Shown piece after piece: positions 8,595 through 17,320 of a DNA stretch of 64,000 nucleotides. The DNA comes from Dehalococcoidia bacterium. GTDB taxonomy: Bacteria; Chloroflexota; Dehalococcoidia; Bin125. The DNA is taken from NCBI GenBank assembly GCA_965211635.1, contig OZ242948.1, positions 2,054,938-2,118,937 on the forward strand, in the 5' to 3' direction. Position 1 is the stretch's first letter. The number at the start of each line of letters is the position of its first letter. Position numbers and translations under genes: made by a program. The notes beneath the pieces were generated by a model, which did no database searches, was not told the DNA's origin, and saw only the letters and a program-made list of their open reading frames with translations.

Positions 8595-9643
8595 GCCACA
8601 TGCTCCCTGGTTGCGAGTTGGGCGAACACCATCCGCCCTGCCTGCGTCTGGATTACGCGTTTCACAGTCAGGTCCCGGACCTCACCGATCGCCGATCCGC
8701 CTTCTTCGACCACCACCATCGTGCCATCGGCCAGGTAGCCAACACCCTGATTCTCCCCCCTGCCGGCTTCAATCAATTCGATCGTCAACGGTTCGCCGGG
8801 AAGCACATTCGTCTTCACCGCGTTGGCGAGCGCGTTGACATTCAACGTGCGCACACCCTCCAACTCGGCCACTCTGGCCAGGTTGGAGTCCGTCAGGGCC
8901 AGCGCCGCGCCGCGCTCTTTCGCTAACCGCAGGAGACGAGTATCCACGTCGCCTTCGTCCTCGGTCGACTCGTCATCGATTAGGTGCGTTGTTACCTGCT
9001 CTTCCGCCTGCAAGCGAGTCAGCAGCTCCAAACCTGTTCGACCTCTCCCACGACGCAGCGGATCCGAGCTGTCTGCCACGCGCCGAAGCTCGTCAAGGAC
9101 GAATCGGGGAACCACGATGTCAGCCAGCAGGAAGCCGCTCGCCGCCACCTCCACGATGCGCCCGTCGATGATCGCCGACGTGTCAAGGACGATCTCGGAT
9201 GGGACCGCTGGCCGCGTCGAAACAACGGACTCCGCCACTTCATCGGCGCGGCCGCGCACCGTATTGACGAAGCGCTCAACCTCGCCCCGGCGTCCCAGCG
9301 CCACCCCGACGCCAATCGGCGCCAGCAGGATCGCGACCCCGATTGGAGCAAACTCCCCGGCTGCTCCGGGCAGCGCGCCAAGCACCGGCGACAGCAATGC
9401 AGCGGCGACCAACGCCGCGACCAGACCAAACCCACCCAGCAGGATCTCCAGCGTCGACAGTGATCTCCAGATCCCCTGTCGAAACCACCACACCGGCTGA
9501 ATCGACCAATCGACCAGGCGCCGAAGTGTCTCCATGGCCATAGGCCTCAAGCGTCCCAAATTGAAATGGCGGCCATGCGGCCGCCAATCAGTCCAGAGCG
9601 GACAACCGCCCAATAACACCAGGCGCATCCCTGCGCACCTCAA
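8591..9643 (-). CDS. PIN + TRAM domain membrane-associated protein (YacL-like)
   Basis: 350 aa (true start probably internal, e.g. MAMETLRRL near 9541). N-terminal hydrophobic segments. PIN-like VLDTSAIIDGRIVEVAASGFLLADIVVPRFVLDELRRVA. C-terminal TRAM-like LTIELIEAGRGENQGVGYLADGTMVVVEEGG...RVIQTQAGRMVFAQL. Position upstream of ispD-cysE-cysS mirrors Bacillus yacL. Confidence 0.75.
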   Translation of the reverse strand: MRCAGMRLVLLGGCPLWTDWRPHGRHFNLGRLRPMAMETLRRLVDWSIQPVWWFRQGIWRSLSTLEILLGGFGLVAALVAAALLSPVLGALPGAAGEFAPIGVAILLAPIGVGVALGRRGEVERFVNTVRGRADEVAESVVSTRPAVPSEIVLDTSAIIDGRIVEVAASGFLLADIVVPRFVLDELRRVADSSDPLRRGRGRTGLELLTRLQAEEQVTTHLIDDESTEDEGDVDTRLLRLAKERGAALALTDSNLARVAELEGVRTLNVNALANAVKTNVLPGEPLTIELIEAGRGENQGVGYLADGTMVVVEEGGSAIGEVRDLTVKRVIQTQAGRMVFAQLATREHVA

Positions 9644-9654
9644 TCATACAAGAT

Positions 9655-9775
9655 TCCCCCAGCCCCTGCTCGATTCCCCTCTCCCCCCGCGCAAGCGGGG
9701 GGAGATGTCCCGTAGGGACAGAGGGGGGCACGCCGGCGCCCGCTCGGTCCCCAGCCCCTGCTTCACGCAGGGGCA
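9655..9775. repeat. GC-rich modular palindromic repeat (family C copy)
   Basis: CTCCCCCCGC-GCAA-GCGGGGGGAG (10-bp stem), ATGTCCCGTAGGGACAGAGGGGGG, CCCCTGC-TTCAC-GCAGGGG. Confidence 0.6.
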
Positions 9776-10260
9776 CGTTCGGTTTCCTCTGCCAACGCAA
9801 GCGCGGGCGTGACCCACCACGTGTAGCCCTCCGCCAGCGTCACAAACTCCGTCCACAGGTCCGACCCCGTCCAGATGTTTGGAAACGGGATCGGCTCGTC
9901 GGACTGTTCAGGAACCGGCACACCCAGCATCGCATTGACCGTCGCCGCGTCGGGGAAGGTCTCGAAGTAGAAGATGAACGCCACGCGGCGAATCTCTTCG
10001 TAGTCCGTCACCGAGAACAGGTGTAGCCGGCCGCCGAACAGCGCGGCCGCGCCTTCCGCCTGCTGTCGAATGTTCTCGTAGATCGCGTCGTAGTTCTCGC
10101 GACGCACATCGGCCAGGTTGAAGCCGAAGTACGGCGGCTCAAGCGACGGCATCTCCCGACAGAAGCGCGCGCCCCAGTCAGGCGCCTCCGCACTGACCGC
10201 CGGCAGAAGCTGGAAGCCCGACGCAAAGTCTCGCTGTGATGACCCTGACGGTGTCGCCAT
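9763..10260 (-). CDS. Hypothetical protein
   Basis: ORF track 9763..10338. Probable start at internal MATPSGSSQRDF... so that it does not overlap the divergent radical-SAM gene. No motif I can name. Its stop overlaps a repeat element. Confidence 0.4.
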   Translation of the reverse strand: MATPSGSSQRDFASGFQLLPAVSAEAPDWGARFCREMPSLEPPYFGFNLADVRRENYDAIYENIRQQAEGAAALFGGRLHLFSVTDYEEIRRVAFIFYFETFPDAATVNAMLGVPVPEQSDEPIPFPNIWTGSDLWTEFVTLAEGYTWWVTPALALAEETERAPA

Positions 10261-10313
10261 GCCGCTACGATACTCGACCTCATCGCCCTGCCCTCTGATA
10301 GCGTGAACCCACC

Positions 10314-12191
10314 ATGTCCGTCGTCGACATCGATCCACTCCTCCAGGGAGTCTCCAAGCCCGCCCGCTACGTCGGCGGCGAATGGAACGTGATTGAGCAC
10401 GACTGGAACGAGCGCAGCGTGCGCTGGGCCCTGATCTACCCCGACCTCTATGACATCGGTCAGTCCAACGGCGGACTCGCCATCCTCTACGACGTCCTCA
10501 ACCACACCCCGGACACCCTCGCCGAGCGCTGTTACACGCCCTGGCCCGACATGGCCGACAGCCTCCGCGCGCACGGACAACCGCTCTTCTCGCTCGAGAA
10601 CCGCCGCGGCCTGCGCGACTTCGACGCCCTCGGCTTCTCCCTTTCGTACGAGCTGACCTACACCAACATCCTCGAAATGCTGGACCTCTCCGGTATCCCC
10701 ATCCGCAGTCTCGACCGCGGCGAAGACGACCCGATCATCCTCGCCGGAGGCTCCGGCGCCCTGGTTCCCGAACCCCTCGCCCCCTTTATCGACGCGTTCG
10801 TCCTGGGCGAGGCGGAGGACGTGATCCTTGAGATCAACCAGCTCCTCCACGAGGCGAAGTCGCAGGCCGCATCGCGACTCGACCTGCTGCGCGCCCTCGC
10901 CCGGACCCCGGGCGTCTACGTCCCTCGCTTCTACGAATGGCGCTACGAAGCCGATGGCACCCCCGCCGAAGTCTTCGCCACCGACGACGCGGCCTCCGTG
11001 CCCGTCGTCAAGCGATTCCTCCAGGGTCTCCCGACGATCCTGACCAAACCGATCGTGCCCTACCTGCAGACCGTCCACGACCGCGCCGGGATCGAGATCC
11101 AGCGCGGCTGCACCCAGGGCTGCCGATTCTGCCAGGCCGGCATGATCTACCGTCCGCTACGAGAACGCACGCCCGAGGAAGTCGTCGCCGGCGCAAAGGA
11201 GCTCTTCCGCAACACCGGCTTCGACGACCTCTCGCTCGTTTCCCTCTCCTCCACCGATCACTCGCAGATCAAGGCCATTGTTCGAGCCCTGCGCGCCGAG
11301 TTCGGAGACGGCATCGGCGTCTCCCTGCCATCGACTCGCGTCGACAGCTTCAGCGTCGACGTCGCCTTGCTCTGCTCGCCGCGCAAGAAGCACTCGATGA
11401 CGTTCGCCCCCGAGGCCGGCTCGCAGCGGCTGCGCAACGCTGTTAGCAAGGTCGTGGACGAACAGGACCTGCTCGACGCCGCCCGCAACGCCTTCGAACA
11501 GGGCTGGACCTCGATCAAGCTCTACTTCATGGTCGGCCTGCCGACCGAGACGATGTCTGACGTGGAAGGCATCGTCGACTGGGCCGCCCAGGTCAAGCAG
11601 ATCGGCCGCCAGATCGTCGGCAACCGCGCCCGCGTCCGCGTCTCAACCTCCAACCATGTGCCCAAAGCGCACGCGCCCTTCCAGTGGGCGCGGCAAGAAA
11701 CGCCGGCCGAACTCGAGCCCAAGCATCAGCTCCTCAGGCAGATGACGCGCAAGGCAAGGCTCGACCTGAGCTGGAATGACCCCCAGGAATCGATCCTCGA
11801 AGGCGTCCTCTCGCGCGGCGATCGGCGACTCGCTCCGGTGATCGAGACCGCCTGGCGCAACGGCGCTCGCTTCGACGCCTGGAGTGAGCACTTCCGCGAA
11901 GACCTCTGGTGGAGCGCAATGTCGGAGCACGGCCTCGATCCTGCCTTCTACTGCCACCGCGAGCGCGACCTCTGGGAGCGCTTCCCCTGGATGCACATCG
12001 CCTCTGGCGTCTCCGAGGCCTTCCTGCGCAAAGAATGGCAACGCACCTGGAAAGAACTCACCACGGCCGACTGCCGCGAGGGCTGCAACGTCTGCGGGAT
12101 GGAACACGCCGCACAGCTCTGCGAACTCAAACTCGGCGACCTGATTGCCAAGCGTCGGGCGCCATCCGAGGAATTGATCAGCGTTCTGTAG
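10314..12191 (+). CDS. B12-binding-domain radical SAM protein (TIGR03960-like)
   Basis: 625 aa. N-terminal KPARYVGGEWNV...IYPDLYDIGQSNGGLAILY (B12-binding-like region) and CTQGCRFCQAGMIYRPLRER (radical SAM CxxxCxxC-type cluster). Confidence 0.8.
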   Translation: MSVVDIDPLLQGVSKPARYVGGEWNVIEHDWNERSVRWALIYPDLYDIGQSNGGLAILYDVLNHTPDTLAERCYTPWPDMADSLRAHGQPLFSLENRRGLRDFDALGFSLSYELTYTNILEMLDLSGIPIRSLDRGEDDPIILAGGSGALVPEPLAPFIDAFVLGEAEDVILEINQLLHEAKSQAASRLDLLRALARTPGVYVPRFYEWRYEADGTPAEVFATDDAASVPVVKRFLQGLPTILTKPIVPYLQTVHDRAGIEIQRGCTQGCRFCQAGMIYRPLRERTPEEVVAGAKELFRNTGFDDLSLVSLSSTDHSQIKAIVRALRAEFGDGIGVSLPSTRVDSFSVDVALLCSPRKKHSMTFAPEAGSQRLRNAVSKVVDEQDLLDAARNAFEQGWTSIKLYFMVGLPTETMSDVEGIVDWAAQVKQIGRQIVGNRARVRVSTSNHVPKAHAPFQWARQETPAELEPKHQLLRQMTRKARLDLSWNDPQESILEGVLSRGDRRLAPVIETAWRNGARFDAWSEHFREDLWWSAMSEHGLDPAFYCHRERDLWERFPWMHIASGVSEAFLRKEWQRTWKELTTADCREGCNVCGMEHAAQLCELKLGDLIAKRRAPSEELISVL

Positions 12192-12212
12192 GGAGAAAGA
12201 GGCCGGCAGCCT

Positions 12213-12692
12213 ATGTCACGAGACGTTCTCGAACATCTCATCTGGAGCCTCAACCAGTCATTCCAGGAAAAGAAGGAACACTCCCTGATCCAAAACCTCT
12301 CCTCGGTCACCACAAACGACCTCGACCAAGTGGTCCCCGGCGGTGGACGGACCATGCGGGACCTGATCGTGCACTGCGCCGCCGTCAAGTTCATGCACGC
12401 CAATCACGCCTTCGGCGACGCCACCGCCACCTTCTGGAACACTTGGACAGGCGACGAACCGGCCAGCGACGCCTCGTTTGAAGACCTGCTCGAATGGCTT
12501 GAGCAGGCGCACGCGGAGGTGATCAAGGCCGTCAACGACCTCAGCGACGACCGCGAACTCGGCGCTAAGCGTCCGACCTACTGGGGCGAAGCGCTGGAGA
12601 CTCGCTACATCCTTGACGCCATCGCCGTCCACGACGTCTACCACGCCGGAGAAATCAACCACCTCCGCGCGCTCATCCACCAGGTCCACTAA
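12213..12692 (+). CDS. DinB/DUF664-superfamily (damage-inducible, four-helix bundle) protein
   Basis: 159 aa, MSRDVLEHLIWSLNQS...DLIVHCAAVKFMHANHAFGD...YHAGEINHLRALIHQ. Histidine-rich DinB_2-like pattern. GGGAG RBS upstream. Confidence 0.7.
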   Translation: MSRDVLEHLIWSLNQSFQEKKEHSLIQNLSSVTTNDLDQVVPGGGRTMRDLIVHCAAVKFMHANHAFGDATATFWNTWTGDEPASDASFEDLLEWLEQAHAEVIKAVNDLSDDRELGAKRPTYWGEALETRYILDAIAVHDVYHAGEINHLRALIHQVH

Positions 12693-12737
12693 CGACGGCG
12701 CCGCTCTTCGCCGCATCCCGGACGCGCACACCGAGGC

Positions 12738-12821
12738 GTAGGCGCGACCCTTGTGCTCGCCCGCGTGGTTCGGTGGTTCGCAGAGCGCGGAAACGGGCAA
12801 CCACAAGGGTCGCCCCTACAG
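12738..12821. repeat. MITE-like inverted-repeat element, family B (CTGTAGGGGCGACCCTTGTGGTCGCCC ... GGGCGACCACAAGGGTCGCCCCTACAG)
   Basis: Left arm GTAGGCGCGACCCTTGTGCTCGCCC. Right arm GGGCAACCACAAGGGTCGCCCCTACAG. The right end supplies the TAG stop of the M16 peptidase gene. Confidence 0.65.
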
Positions 12822-14114
12822 CCGCAGCATGTCCTGCAATCGCTCAGCCTCCCCCGACGGACCCACGATCGCCAGGCGCAACTCGTCCTCCAACAGGTAC
12901 TCATTCGCGACCCGTTGGATGTCTTCAAGGGTCACCGCCTGGTAGTCCTCGTAGACCTCATCAACCGTGCGAAGCTCTCCGTGCAGCAACGTCTGACCGC
13001 CGTTCCAAGCCGAGACCGCACGGCTGTCCTCCATGCCCATCAACATCCGACCCGCTGCCAGCCGCTTCGCCCGATCCAACTCCTCGGCCGGAACGCCCTC
13101 GCGCAGTCGCGACACCTCACCCAGCGTCGCCTCGATCGCCGTCTCCACATTGTCGGGATCCACCCCCATCGCCACCTGAATCGCGCCGCTGTCGCGGTAC
13201 ATCGCCAGCGACGCGCCGACATCGTACGCGAGTCCAAGCTCTTCCCGAACCTTGAGGAACAGCCGCGAACTCATCCCGTCGCCAAGCATCGCCGTCATCA
13301 GGCCCAGGGCGAATCGGTCAGGATGGCGCGAGGTCATGCCGGGTAAGCCGATCGTGACCTGGGACTGCTCGGTCTCCTTGATGCGGAGCGCGACTCGTTG
13401 ACCGTCGTCCGAGATGCCCGCTGCCAACCGTTCCCCAGCCTCGGCTTCCGTCCAGTCCCGCGTCAACTCCGACACGCGCGAGAGCACCGCTTCGGCATCG
13501 ACATCGCCCGCCACCGACACCAGCGTGTTGGCCGGCGAGTACTGCGCCGACCAGTAGGCGACCGTGTCTTCGTGACCAATCGCCTTGACCGACTCCGGCG
13601 TACCGGCGATATCTCGGCCCAACGGCGTGCCGCGCCACATGAGCTCGGCCATCAGCTCACCCACCAACTGGAACGGCGAATCTTCAATCTGCGCCAGTTC
13701 CTCCAGCACCACGGACCGCTCGCGCTCCAGTTCAGCCGCTTCGAGCCGTGGTCGGCAGACCATGTCCACGATCACGTCCACGGCGGTCTGCCAGTCTGGT
13801 CCCGGCACCTTGGCGTAGTAGACCGTCATCTCGCGGTCGGTCGCCGCGTTGATGTAGCCGCCCACGCCTTCAATCGCAATCGACAGGTCTGCTGCTGTCG
13901 GGTGCATCTCCGACCCCTTGAACAGGCAGTGTTCCAACAGGTGAGAGACGCCCGCCAGCTCCTCACGTTCGTACTGAGCGCCCGCGCCGACATAGAAGGA
14001 CACCGCGACCGAGCGCGCCGAGGCCATCGGCTCGGTGATCACTCGCAGTCCGGAATTGAGTACATCAATGCGCCGCGTCGCGGGCGCCGCGGCGGCCACT
14101 ACTCCGCACCCCAC
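12816..14114 (-). CDS. M16 family zinc peptidase (insulinase/PqqL-like)
   Basis: 432 aa with inverted zinc motif HLLEHCLFKGS (HxxEH) near the N-terminus. Stop codon lies inside a family-B repeat. Confidence 0.85.
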   Translation of the reverse strand: MGCGVVAAAAPATRRIDVLNSGLRVITEPMASARSVAVSFYVGAGAQYEREELAGVSHLLEHCLFKGSEMHPTAADLSIAIEGVGGYINAATDREMTVYYAKVPGPDWQTAVDVIVDMVCRPRLEAAELERERSVVLEELAQIEDSPFQLVGELMAELMWRGTPLGRDIAGTPESVKAIGHEDTVAYWSAQYSPANTLVSVAGDVDAEAVLSRVSELTRDWTEAEAGERLAAGISDDGQRVALRIKETEQSQVTIGLPGMTSRHPDRFALGLMTAMLGDGMSSRLFLKVREELGLAYDVGASLAMYRDSGAIQVAMGVDPDNVETAIEATLGEVSRLREGVPAEELDRAKRLAAGRMLMGMEDSRAVSAWNGGQTLLHGELRTVDEVYEDYQAVTLEDIQRVANEYLLEDELRLAIVGPSGEAERLQDMLRL

Positions 14115-14758
14115 GTCGTGTCGCCCGAAGCGTCGTCACGCACAATGGTGTGCGCCATCGCACCCGCCACGAACTCGTCAATCGAAGCGCCGATCGTCGT
14201 ATCGTCGCCATGCCCGTTGAAGGTCAAGGTGTGTTCCGGCAATCCGTAGAGCTTCGTCACGATCGAACGTACCTCCTGCGTCACCTGCGGCATCCCCCGT
14301 GTGTTACCCGGTCCTCCGGGAAACAGCGTGTCGCCAACCACGCAATACGGATCGTCGGTGTCGGAGATGTAGTAGGAGACCGAACCGGTTGTGTGTCCAG
14401 GTGTGTGCAGCACCTCAAGGTCGGTACCGCCCAGCGGGATCGTCTCGCCGCCCTCAAGGTGGATGTCGATCTCAAGATCCGACTCGAGCCAGGGATGCTG
14501 TTCGTCGGCAACCGTGTCCGACGTGTGCATGTAAAACGGCACATTCGGACCCAACCGCTCGCGCAACTCGTGATACGACTTGATGTGATCGGGGTGCGAG
14601 TGGGTGAACAGGAGCATTTTCGGGGTCGCGCCCGACTCCTCGACGCCGGCCATCACCAGTTCATGCTGTGCGACGGCGTCGATAATCGCCGCGTCGCCAG
14701 TGCTTTTGTCAACCAGGACGAACGCGTTGTTCTCAAAGGGACCCCATGACATCTGCAT
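14099..14758 (-). CDS. MBL-fold metallo-hydrolase
   Basis: Motif LLFTHSHPDHI (HxHxDH) and LHTPGHTTGSVSYY. Probable start at MQMSWGPFENNAFVLV (the ORF track start 14818 is longer). Confidence 0.8.
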   Translation of the reverse strand: MQMSWGPFENNAFVLVDKSTGDAAIIDAVAQHELVMAGVEESGATPKMLLFTHSHPDHIKSYHELRERLGPNVPFYMHTSDTVADEQHPWLESDLEIDIHLEGGETIPLGGTDLEVLHTPGHTTGSVSYYISDTDDPYCVVGDTLFPGGPGNTRGMPQVTQEVRSIVTKLYGLPEHTLTFNGHGDDTTIGASIDEFVAGAMAHTIVRDDASGDTTWGAE

Positions 14759-14885
14759 CACGACGGTCCGCCAATACACTCGCAACAGTCGCGACTCCGC
14801 GTGCAGTTCCATGCTCACGTCGCACTCCGTTCAGTTGGCGCCAATCGGATGGTGTTCGCAGTGTAGCCAGCTCACAGGGTTCTCC

Positions 14886-16214
14886 ATGACCAACCAATCA
14901 CCCATCGACGCTTTGCGCGATGTCCTGCCTCTCACAGCCAATGCAATCGAAGACGGCGTACTCCGAGTCGGCGGTTGCGATGTTCGTGCTCTCGCCAACG
15001 AGTTCGGCACGCCGCTCTACATCTACGACGAGCACACGATCCGTCAGACCTGCCGCAACTACCTGCGCGACTTCCAATCGCAGATTCCGGGCGCCCGCGC
15101 GCACTACGCTGCAAAGGCTTGGCTCAGTCCGGCACTTGTCGAGATCCTCGTCGAAGAAGGCTTCGGCCTGGATGTTGTATCTGCCGGCGAGTTGCACGTC
15201 GCGCTTGCGGGAGGCATGGACCCCGAGCACATCGGTTTCCACGGCAACGGCAAGACGCCCGACGAGCTCGCGTTTGCGCTCGACTCAGGCGTCGGACGGG
15301 TCATTGTCGACAACGACGACGAGCTCGCCGTACTGGACGACATGACCCGTTCGCGGGCCACCGAGCAGCGAATCATGCTGCGCATCACGCCCGGCGTCGA
15401 TGCGCAGACCCACGTCAAAACCACGACCGGACTGCGAGACAGCAAGTTCGGCTTTCCACTACCGTCCGGCCAGGCCGAAGCGGCGTTGGTTCGAGCGCTC
15501 GAAGCTCCGTTCCTCGACGTGACCGGATTCCACATTCACCTCGGTTCGCCGCTCTTCAACATCGATCCATATGCCGACGGCATTGCCACGATCGGCGAGT
15601 TTGCCGCCGAAATGAAGGCTCGGCACGGCTACGAATGGCGCGAGTTCTCGCCCGGCGGCGGCATGGCCTTGACCTACACCGCAGCTCGCGTCGCTCCCGA
15701 GGTTGACCGCTATGCGGTGCACATCGCTGACGCGATCCACACCGCCTGCGACACGCACGGACTGCCAATCCCGGATGTCCACATCGAGCCGGGTCGCTCC
15801 GTCGTCGGACGCGCAGGCGTCGCTCTGTACTCCGTTGTCAGCCGTAAACACATCCCCGACACGCGGGATTATGTCACGGTCGACGGCGGGATGGCCGACA
15901 ACGTTCGGCCTGCGATGTACGACTCGAAGTACGAGGCGGCGGCGGCCGAACAGATGCTGACCATCCCCACCTTGACCGCGACCATCGCCGGCAAGTTCTG
16001 CGAATCCGGCGATGTGCTTGTCCGCGACGCGCAGCTTCCGTCGCTCCAACTCGGCGAACTGATCGCCATTCCCGCCAGTGGCGCGTATCAGATAGCGATG
16101 GAGAGCAACTACAACCTCGCCCTGCGGCCAGCCATCGTCATGGTGCAAGATGGGGATGCCCGGCTCGTCCGTCGGCGTCAGACGCTCGACGATCTGCTAC
16201 ATCTTGATCTGTGA
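14886..16214 (+). CDS. lysA: Diaminopimelate decarboxylase
   Basis: Internal start MTNQSPIDALRDV...FGTPLYIYDEHTIRQTCRNYLRDF...HYAAKAW...; PLP fold-III decarboxylase signature and C-terminal CESGD motif (GKFCESGDVLVRDAQLP). The ORF track's 536 aa version over-extends upstream. Confidence 0.9.
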   Translation: MTNQSPIDALRDVLPLTANAIEDGVLRVGGCDVRALANEFGTPLYIYDEHTIRQTCRNYLRDFQSQIPGARAHYAAKAWLSPALVEILVEEGFGLDVVSAGELHVALAGGMDPEHIGFHGNGKTPDELAFALDSGVGRVIVDNDDELAVLDDMTRSRATEQRIMLRITPGVDAQTHVKTTTGLRDSKFGFPLPSGQAEAALVRALEAPFLDVTGFHIHLGSPLFNIDPYADGIATIGEFAAEMKARHGYEWREFSPGGGMALTYTAARVAPEVDRYAVHIADAIHTACDTHGLPIPDVHIEPGRSVVGRAGVALYSVVSRKHIPDTRDYVTVDGGMADNVRPAMYDSKYEAAAAEQMLTIPTLTATIAGKFCESGDVLVRDAQLPSLQLGELIAIPASGAYQIAMESNYNLALRPAIVMVQDGDARLVRRRQTLDDLLHLDL

Positions 16215-17320
16215 TGACAACCGCACAGTCGCTGAGCAACTGGGGTCCTCACAGCGAGACACGAGGCGGTCGCACAGTTGAGGCCATGCTCGACTCAGGT
16301 CGACTCCCCCACGCGCTCCTGATAGTGGGACCGGTCGGCGTCGGTAAGCGCGATCTTGCGATTCGCACAGCCCAGGCATTGCTCTGCGAGTTGCCCGACT
16401 CGACTGGTCCCTGCCGCAGATGCCGCACCTGTCTACGGCTCCACGATCCCGCTCAGCCTTCGCTCGAACCGCAACACACTGATGTCGAGGTCGTAGGCCC
16501 CGGCTCGCTCTGCGCCGACTCGGACCACGACCACCGCAACACGCGCACAATCGGCATCTGCGTCATCAGACGCATCGAGCACGTCGCCACACTGGCCCCG
16601 TTCGAGGCCGACCGGCGCATTCTGATCATCGATCCCGCCGAAGCGATGACAGCGGACGCCGCCGATGCATTCCTCAAGACGCTGGAGGAGCCGCCCGAGC
16701 GCGTGCACTTCATCCTGCTTTCTTCGCGGGAAGCGCAACTCTCGGAGACGATTCGTTCCCGCTGCAGGACGATCACGCTTGCGCCGCTGCCGGCGGCGGA
16801 GCTCGACGCATGGCTGGAGCAGTGGGCCGCGGAGGCTGGCGCGACCCTCCCAAAGGAGACCGATCGGCGGGCCGAGCTTGCCCGACTGGCGCGTGGGCGA
16901 CCATGGTGGCTTCAGGCCAACCTGCGCGAAGGAGACCCGATCGCGCTGCGCAGTGCGCAGATCGACGATGCGATCCGCATTGCCCAGGCCGACCGAGCCG
17001 AGCGGCTCCAATGGTCCGACCAGCTTGTCGGACGCTCTGTTACCCCGCAGACTGTCGCCAACCTGGAGTTGATCCTCGACGCCTGGACTGATTGGTGGCG
17101 CGACCTCTGGTTGTCCCTCGATGGCCAGACCGGCGCCCTCACGCACGCTTCGCAGCGTGATCGGATCGAGCAGAGTGCGTCACTGTACGATCAACGACAC
17201 ATCACGCAGTTTCTTGAGCGCATTCAGCGCACCCGGGCACTGATTCAGCAAGGCGTTGCTGCCCGTCTCGCGCTTGATGTGCTGCTCCTCAACATCCCGC
17301 CCGCCAGGATTGAGCTATGA
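16211..17320 (+). CDS. holB: DNA polymerase III subunit delta-prime
   Basis: 369 aa, HALLIVGPVGVGKRDLAIRTAQALLCE...CRRCRTCLRLHDPAQ (AAA+ P-loop-like segment plus zinc module). ATGA overlap with lysA, followed by the PSP1 gene as in Firmicutes. Confidence 0.8.
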   Translation: MMTTAQSLSNWGPHSETRGGRTVEAMLDSGRLPHALLIVGPVGVGKRDLAIRTAQALLCELPDSTGPCRRCRTCLRLHDPAQPSLEPQHTDVEVVGPGSLCADSDHDHRNTRTIGICVIRRIEHVATLAPFEADRRILIIDPAEAMTADAADAFLKTLEEPPERVHFILLSSREAQLSETIRSRCRTITLAPLPAAELDAWLEQWAAEAGATLPKETDRRAELARLARGRPWWLQANLREGDPIALRSAQIDDAIRIAQADRAERLQWSDQLVGRSVTPQTVANLELILDAWTDWWRDLWLSLDGQTGALTHASQRDRIEQSASLYDQRHITQFLERIQRTRALIQQGVAARLALDVLLLNIPPARIEL

